From: Propionibacterium freudenreichii subsp. freudenreichii
GTDB taxonomy: Bacteria > Actinomycetota > Actinomycetes > Propionibacteriales > Propionibacteriaceae
Length of the DNA: 32,000 bases
Assembly (NCBI RefSeq): GCF_000940845.1
Contig: NZ_CP010341.1
Coordinates: 1,380,001-1,412,000 of the forward strand
Reading direction: 5' to 3'
The position numbers and the translations under genes are program-made. The notes beneath the pieces are model-generated. The model made no database searches. It was not told the DNA's origin and saw nothing but the letters and a program-made list of their open reading frames with translations. Shown here one piece after another: positions 27,559 through 32,000 of the stretch. The stretch's first letter is position 1, and each line of letters begins with the position of its first letter.

Positions 27559-28896
27559 ATGTCAGATCCCGTCTATCACCTGCCCCAGGAGCGCAAGCTC
27601 GTCACCTCGTTGCCCGGGCCGAGTTCACGCAAGATCGAAGCGAGGCGCGACGCCGTGGTGGCCAAGGGCGTCTCCTCCTCGGCCCCGTTCTATGTGGACA
27701 AGGCCGATGGCGGCGTCATCGTTGACGCCGATGGCAACTCCATCATTGACCTGGGTGCCGGAATCGCCGTCACCAGCGTGGGCGCCTCGGCTCCCAGGGT
27801 CGTGGAAAATGTCCAGAAGGCCGTGGCGAACTTCACCCACTCGAGCTTCGCCACCACCCCCTACGAGGGTTACGTGGCAGTCTGTGAGCAGCTTGCCGAA
27901 CTGACCCCCGGTTCCTTCGCCAAGAAGACCGTCCTGGTCAATTCCGGCGCCGAGGCCGTGGAGAACGCGGTGAAGGTGGCCCGCCACTACACCGGACGCG
28001 ACGCCGTGGCAGTGGCCGAGAACGCCTTCCACGGCCGCACCAACCTCACGATGGCCATGACCTCCAAGGCCATGCCCTACAAGACCGGATTCGGCCCCTT
28101 CGCCCCGGAGATCTACCACTTCCCCGCGAGCTATCCCTTCCAGGAGCCCACGCCGCTGACCGGCGAGCAGGCCGCCCAGCGTGCCATCGACTACCTCGAG
28201 ACGCGGGTGGGCGCCGACCACCTCGCATGCCTGGTGCACGAGCCCATCCAGGGCGAGGGCGGCTTCATCGTGCCCGAACCCGGCTACCTTCCTGCCCTGC
28301 AGGCCTGGTGCCGCGCCCATGGCATCGTCTTCGTCATCGACGAGATCCAGTCGGGCTTCTGCCGCTCCGGAAAGTGGTTCGCCAGCGAGTACGAGGGCCT
28401 GGAACCGGATGTGATCACCACCGCCAAGGCACTCGGCGGCGGCCTTCCGATTGCGGCCTGCACCGGACGCGCCGACATCATGGACTCCGCACAGGCCGGC
28501 GGCCTGGGCGGCACCTACGGCGGCAACCCGATTTCATGTGCCGCCAGCCTCGGTGCCATCGCCACCATGAAGGAATGGGACCTTCCCAACCGTGCGCAGG
28601 CCATCGAGACCGAGATCCGGGCCAAGCTCGGCGATCTGGTGAACGACCCCGCCTCCTGTGTCGGCGAGCTGCGCGGCCACGGCGCCATGATGGCACTTGA
28701 GTTCGTGGCACCCGGCACCCGCACCCCCGACGCCGCCAAGGCGAAGCAGGTGGTCAGTGACCTGCTCTCTGAGGGCGTGCTCATGCTCACCTGCGGCATC
28801 AACGGCAACTGCGTGCGCTTCCTGCCGTCACTGGTGATCCCGATCCCGTTGCTCGACGAGGCACTCGACCTGCTGGTGAAGGCCATCAAGGCCTGA
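27559..28896 (+). CDS. gabT: 4-aminobutyrate--2-oxoglutarate transaminase (class III PLP aminotransferase)
   Basis: 445 aa from ATG 27559 (MSDPVYHLPQERKL). Motifs seen: GAGIAVTSVG, NSGAEAVENAVK, FHGRT, EPIQGEGG, DEIQSGF, and the PLP-Lys context TTAKALGGG. Confidence 0.88.
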   Translation: MSDPVYHLPQERKLVTSLPGPSSRKIEARRDAVVAKGVSSSAPFYVDKADGGVIVDADGNSIIDLGAGIAVTSVGASAPRVVENVQKAVANFTHSSFATTPYEGYVAVCEQLAELTPGSFAKKTVLVNSGAEAVENAVKVARHYTGRDAVAVAENAFHGRTNLTMAMTSKAMPYKTGFGPFAPEIYHFPASYPFQEPTPLTGEQAAQRAIDYLETRVGADHLACLVHEPIQGEGGFIVPEPGYLPALQAWCRAHGIVFVIDEIQSGFCRSGKWFASEYEGLEPDVITTAKALGGGLPIAACTGRADIMDSAQAGGLGGTYGGNPISCAASLGAIATMKEWDLPNRAQAIETEIRAKLGDLVNDPASCVGELRGHGAMMALEFVAPGTRTPDAAKAKQVVSDLLSEGVLMLTCGINGNCVRFLPSLVIPIPLLDEALDLLVKAIKA

Positions 28897-28939
28897 CCCG
28901 GGGCCACCCAGGACCTGCGAGCACACCAGGCTGCGCACA

Positions 28940-28987
28940 GCAATTCAGCGGGGCCGGCACCTAGGGGTGCCGGCCCCGCTGAATTGC
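28940..28987. terminator. Perfect 22-bp-stem hairpin, a bidirectional terminator between gabT and the C-N hydrolase
   Basis: GCAATTCAGCGGGGCCGGCACC-TAGG-GGTGCCGGCCCCGCTGAATTGC. Confidence 0.75.
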
Positions 28988-29042
28988 GTCAGGGATCCGA
29001 CCAGTGGGCGGGCGCTGCGTTCAGCGCAGCTGCGCCAGCCGC

Positions 29043-29088
29043 GATTCGGCCAGCTCAGTCACGAATCCGCCAGCTCAGTCACGATTCC
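29043..29088. repeat. 20-nt tandem duplication (2.3 copies) spanning the stop codon of the C-N hydrolase
   Basis: GATTCGGCCAGCTCAGTCAC lies at 29043-29062, GAATCCGCCAGCTCAGTCAC at 29063-29082, and a partial GATTCC follows. The two full units match at 18 of 20 positions. The TGA at 29077-29075 lies in unit 2. Confidence 0.9.
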
Positions 29089-29935
29089 AGCGTGTGGGGT
29101 CGATGCGACCGCCGTAGGCCGGCAGCTCCACCGGCTGGTCCCCGGAGTGGAAGAAGGCCCACGGGCGGGTGACCCCGGCCGTGCCCTCGGCGCGAGCGCG
29201 ACGCACACGCTGCGTGGACACCTCACACACCATGTCCGCCGGGGCGTCGTCCCCGATCTCGGCGAGGGTCTCACCCTCGGGCCCGAAGAATGCCGACAAC
29301 CCGCGACCCACCGGCGCAGCCGCATTGACGCTCAGGAAGTTGACCTGGTTGACGATGGCATTCGCCCGGGCCATGACCATTTCCTGGGGTCGATCGGGCG
29401 TGGTGGTCTTGACGACATTGATGATCGTCTCGGCCCCCAGCCACGCAAGATTGCGGCTCACCTCGGGAAACCATGAATCGAAGCAGATGCACAGCCCCAT
29501 GCGACCCGCCCCGGGAACGTCAAAGACCGCAAAGTCCTGCCCCGGCGTGAACGGCTCGAGTGGGCGCCAGGGAAAGATCTTGCGATATGTGGCCGCCACC
29601 TCCCCGTCGGGGCGAATGGCCAGTGCGGTGTTGAACAGTTCCCCCGACGGGCCGCGCTCGCAGACCGTGCCGGGCACCAACCAGACGCCCAGGCCCGCGG
29701 CGAGCTGACGTAGCCAGGTGACCCTGGGACCGTCGAGCGGCTCGGCTGCCTGCTGGTAGGCCTTCGTGCGGGCCCGGTCGGGCTGTCCGTCCGCGAACAG
29801 GTGCATCTCGGGAAATACCAGCATGCCGCCATCGGGGGTCTTGGTGAGCATTGCGGAACAGGCCTGCTCGAACAGCTCCCGGGGGGCGTCGATCGCAAGC
29901 GGCGCCGCCTGGGAGGCGACAACGGTGAGACTCAC
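29075..29935 (-). CDS. Carbon-nitrogen hydrolase (nitrilase-superfamily amidase)
   Basis: Glu-Lys-Cys triad contexts: VFPEMHL, YRKIFPW, GLCICFDSWFPE. I chose GTG 29935 (286 aa), which overlaps the permease stop as GTGA. Confidence 0.82.
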   Translation of the reverse strand: MSLTVVASQAAPLAIDAPRELFEQACSAMLTKTPDGGMLVFPEMHLFADGQPDRARTKAYQQAAEPLDGPRVTWLRQLAAGLGVWLVPGTVCERGPSGELFNTALAIRPDGEVAATYRKIFPWRPLEPFTPGQDFAVFDVPGAGRMGLCICFDSWFPEVSRNLAWLGAETIINVVKTTTPDRPQEMVMARANAIVNQVNFLSVNAAAPVGRGLSAFFGPEGETLAEIGDDAPADMVCEVSTQRVRRARAEGTAGVTRPWAFFHSGDQPVELPAYGGRIDPTRWNRD

Positions 29936-31323
29936 GCGGCAAGCTCCTCCACTTCGGTTGAGTCGGTCATCTCGGGCGGCGGGCGGTGGAAGCCATGGGT
30001 GAGCCCCACGAGCACGCAGATCCCGATGAACAGCCATGTTCCACCCACCAACAGCGCCGGCAGGTCCAATTCGGTGATCAGGTAGATCACGACCAGGGCG
30101 CCGAGGGCGGGGACCACATAGCCCGTCAGGGGGTTGACATGCTCGCCGCGTGCGATCTGACGACGCGTCAGCGAGATGGCCGACACATTGACCATGGTAA
30201 ACGCGATGAATGCACCGAAGTTGATGAAGGACGTGGAGGTGCTGATGTCGAGGAAGCAGCCGATGATCCCCACTGCGGCCACCACGAGAATCGCGTTGAT
30301 CGGCGTGTTCGTGCGGGGCGACAACCTACCGAAGAAGCGCTTGGGCAGGACGCCGTCACGACCCATCGCGAACATCAGCCGCGAGGCGGACGCCTGGGCG
30401 GCGATCCCCGACGCGAACTGCCCGACGATCAGCCCCACCAGGAACACAGTGGACAGGAAGGCGCCCCCGATGGCCTTCGCGATCTCGAAGGCGGCCGAGT
30501 CGATGTCGAGCACCTGCACCAGCGGATGCACCAGCTCGGTGGCATAGGTGGCCACCACGAAGATGCCGCCGCCCACCAGGGCAGTGAGCATGATGGCCCG
30601 CGGGATCGTGCGCTTGGCGTCCACCGTCTCCTCGGTGAGCGTTGTCACCGCGTCGAAGCCGAGGAAGGAATAGGCGGCCGTCGCAGCCCCGGCCGACAGC
30701 GCCAACACGTCGAAGGGCTTTCCGGTGAAGGGCGTGAGGCTCAGCAATTGTTGTCCATGGTGCGCCACTGCATAGATGGAGAAGGCCACGAACAGGGCAA
30801 TCACCAGCACCTCGATGGCGAGCAGCACCAGGTTCGCGTGGTCGGCGACCTTGATGCCCACGATGTTCAGCCCGCTGGTGATCACGATGAATCCCGCGAT
30901 CCACACCGGATCGGGGATGGCCGGGAACTGGGCGTTCAGATACGAGGCACCGATCAGCCAGATCACCATCGGGATGAAGACATAGTCGAGCATCGATCCC
31001 CAGCCGACCAGGAAGCCGAGGTGGTTGCTGACCATCTTGCGCACATAGGTGTAGGCGGAGCCGGCCATGGGCACCTCGTGCGACAGCCGACCATAGCTGG
31101 TGGCGGTGAGCAGCATCGCCAACATCGCGATCAGATATGACCCTGCGGTGCCGCCGTTCGACTTCTGCGAGATCACCCCGAATGTGCCCAGCACGATGAT
31201 CGGAGCAAGATAGGCCAGCCCGAACGCCAGGACCGAGTGGAGCCTCAGCTCACGTCGGAATGTCACCGGATGCCCGGGTCCACCGGCACGCGTTGCAGCG
31301 GTCGGAGTATCTGTCATCGCCAT
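29932..31323 (-). CDS. APC-superfamily amino acid/polyamine permease (PuuP-like)
   Basis: 463 aa with about 12 predicted TM segments. AGSAYTYVRKMVSNHLGFLVGWGSMLDYVFIPM resembles the PuuP-type signature as I remember it. An AAGGAG SD lies 6 nt upstream of the ATG. Confidence 0.85.
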   Translation of the reverse strand: MAMTDTPTAATRAGGPGHPVTFRRELRLHSVLAFGLAYLAPIIVLGTFGVISQKSNGGTAGSYLIAMLAMLLTATSYGRLSHEVPMAGSAYTYVRKMVSNHLGFLVGWGSMLDYVFIPMVIWLIGASYLNAQFPAIPDPVWIAGFIVITSGLNIVGIKVADHANLVLLAIEVLVIALFVAFSIYAVAHHGQQLLSLTPFTGKPFDVLALSAGAATAAYSFLGFDAVTTLTEETVDAKRTIPRAIMLTALVGGGIFVVATYATELVHPLVQVLDIDSAAFEIAKAIGGAFLSTVFLVGLIVGQFASGIAAQASASRLMFAMGRDGVLPKRFFGRLSPRTNTPINAILVVAAVGIIGCFLDISTSTSFINFGAFIAFTMVNVSAISLTRRQIARGEHVNPLTGYVVPALGALVVIYLITELDLPALLVGGTWLFIGICVLVGLTHGFHRPPPEMTDSTEVEELAA

Positions 31324-31555
31324 CTCCCACTCCTTCTGCCGGAGGACTGCCTCGTCAGGGGTTCGGACGGGGGCACAGAAACGACCGGTGCGGTTGACAT
31401 TAGGCGCCGGTGGCTGCGGATCCGATGGCGATCACGGTGCACGGATGTCACGTGGCTGAAACATTGGCAGACTAGTCGGACCATCCGGACGCGGCGGCGT
31501 CATGGCATGCAGAAGGGCCCGCACTCGCACGATGGCGAGGTACGGGCCCTGCACG

Positions 31556-31584
31556 GTTGGTCACTGCCCGGGGCAGTGACCAAC
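31556..31584 (-). terminator. Hairpin terminator after hsp20
   Basis: GTTGGTCACTGCCC and GGGCAGTGACCAAC are near-contiguous arms of about 12 usable bp. They start 12 nt after the TAA stop. Confidence 0.65.
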
Positions 31585-31595
31585 GAAACCTTCGA

Positions 31596-32000
31596 TTACT
31601 TGTCCTGTTCCCCCGACTCGACGCTCGGCTGGCTGGCCGATGTCGTGACCTCGATCTTGCGAGGCTTGGCATCCTCGGCCACCGGAATGGTCAGGGTCAG
31701 GACGCCGTCGGAGTAGTCGGCGTTGATCCTGCTGAGATCCAGGCCCGGCCCCAACGTCAACTGGCGCGCATAGGTGCCGTAGCTACGCTCGCGGCTGACC
31801 CAGTGGCTCTTGTCGTCCTTGTGCACCTGCTCAGCCTTGCGCTCGGCACGCACGCTCAGGGTGCGGTCGTCGACGTCGATGTCGATCGTGGCGGGATCAA
31901 CCCCCGGCAGGTCCATCTTTGCGACGAACTGGTCGCCATCGCGGTACAGGTCAAGCGGCATATAGCGCGTATCCGGGCCGACCGTCTTGGCCATCTGGTT
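31596..32000 (-). CDS. Hsp20/alpha-crystallin small heat-shock protein; the N-terminus probably lies beyond the window
   Basis: MPLDLYRDGDQFVAKMDLPGVDP...DGVLTLTIPVAEDAKPRKIEV is an alpha-crystallin domain. The frame remains open upstream of ATG 31994 to base 32000. Homologues usually have 25-40 residues before this point. Confidence 0.85.
   Translation of the reverse strand, partial: NQMAKTVGPDTRYMPLDLYRDGDQFVAKMDLPGVDPATIDIDVDDRTLSVRAERKAEQVHKDDKSHWVSRERSYGTYARQLTLGPGLDLSRINADYSDGVLTLTIPVAEDAKPRKIEVTTSASQPSVESGEQDK

Noticed and set aside
31403-31408. Perfect TTGACA -35-like hexamer on the + strand upstream of the permease
   Set aside because: There is no acceptable -10 at 16-19 nt and no + strand gene downstream. 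It is probably a chance match.

Overview
This is a high-GC Actinomycetota chromosomal segment. The gene order looks like the conserved core around secA and ssrA; a Propionibacteriales-like origin is only a guess. I count about 30 protein genes, one tmRNA and one tRNA-Val.

Genes, left to right:
- an SF1 DNA helicase (partial), cspA, a PP2C phosphatase, a DUF3107 protein, a ferritin-like protein and a DEAD-box RNA helicase
- trpS with a PHP phosphoesterase, then a DUF2505 protein
- three small conserved unknowns next to secA
- hpf, comF, an atypical MtrA-like response regulator and yqgE/algH
- ssrA (tmRNA), a DUF1707 membrane protein, smpB and a DUF2207 membrane protein
- a coiled-coil M23 peptidase, ftsX, ftsE, prfB, yqeY and tRNA-Val
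- a fructosamine-kinase-like protein, gabT, a C-N hydrolase overlapping an APC permease, and hsp20 (partial)

I see no CRISPR array, no transposase, integrase or phage genes, and no recognisable defence system. Most of the window is ordinary housekeeping DNA.

The things most worth a second look are:
1. an orphan OmpR/MtrA-type regulator whose phospho-acceptor Asp and conserved Lys are both Glu
2. a helically phased CGTG repeat array upstream of the yqgE-regulator pair
3. a triplicated '11-mer plus SD-like tract' module in front of smpB
4. an FtsEX-linked coiled-coil M23 hydrolase followed by a DUF2207 protein
5. a set of exact two-copy tandem duplications and very long perfect hairpins confined to intergenic DNA

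All functional interpretations rest on motif recognition by eye. No searches were run.
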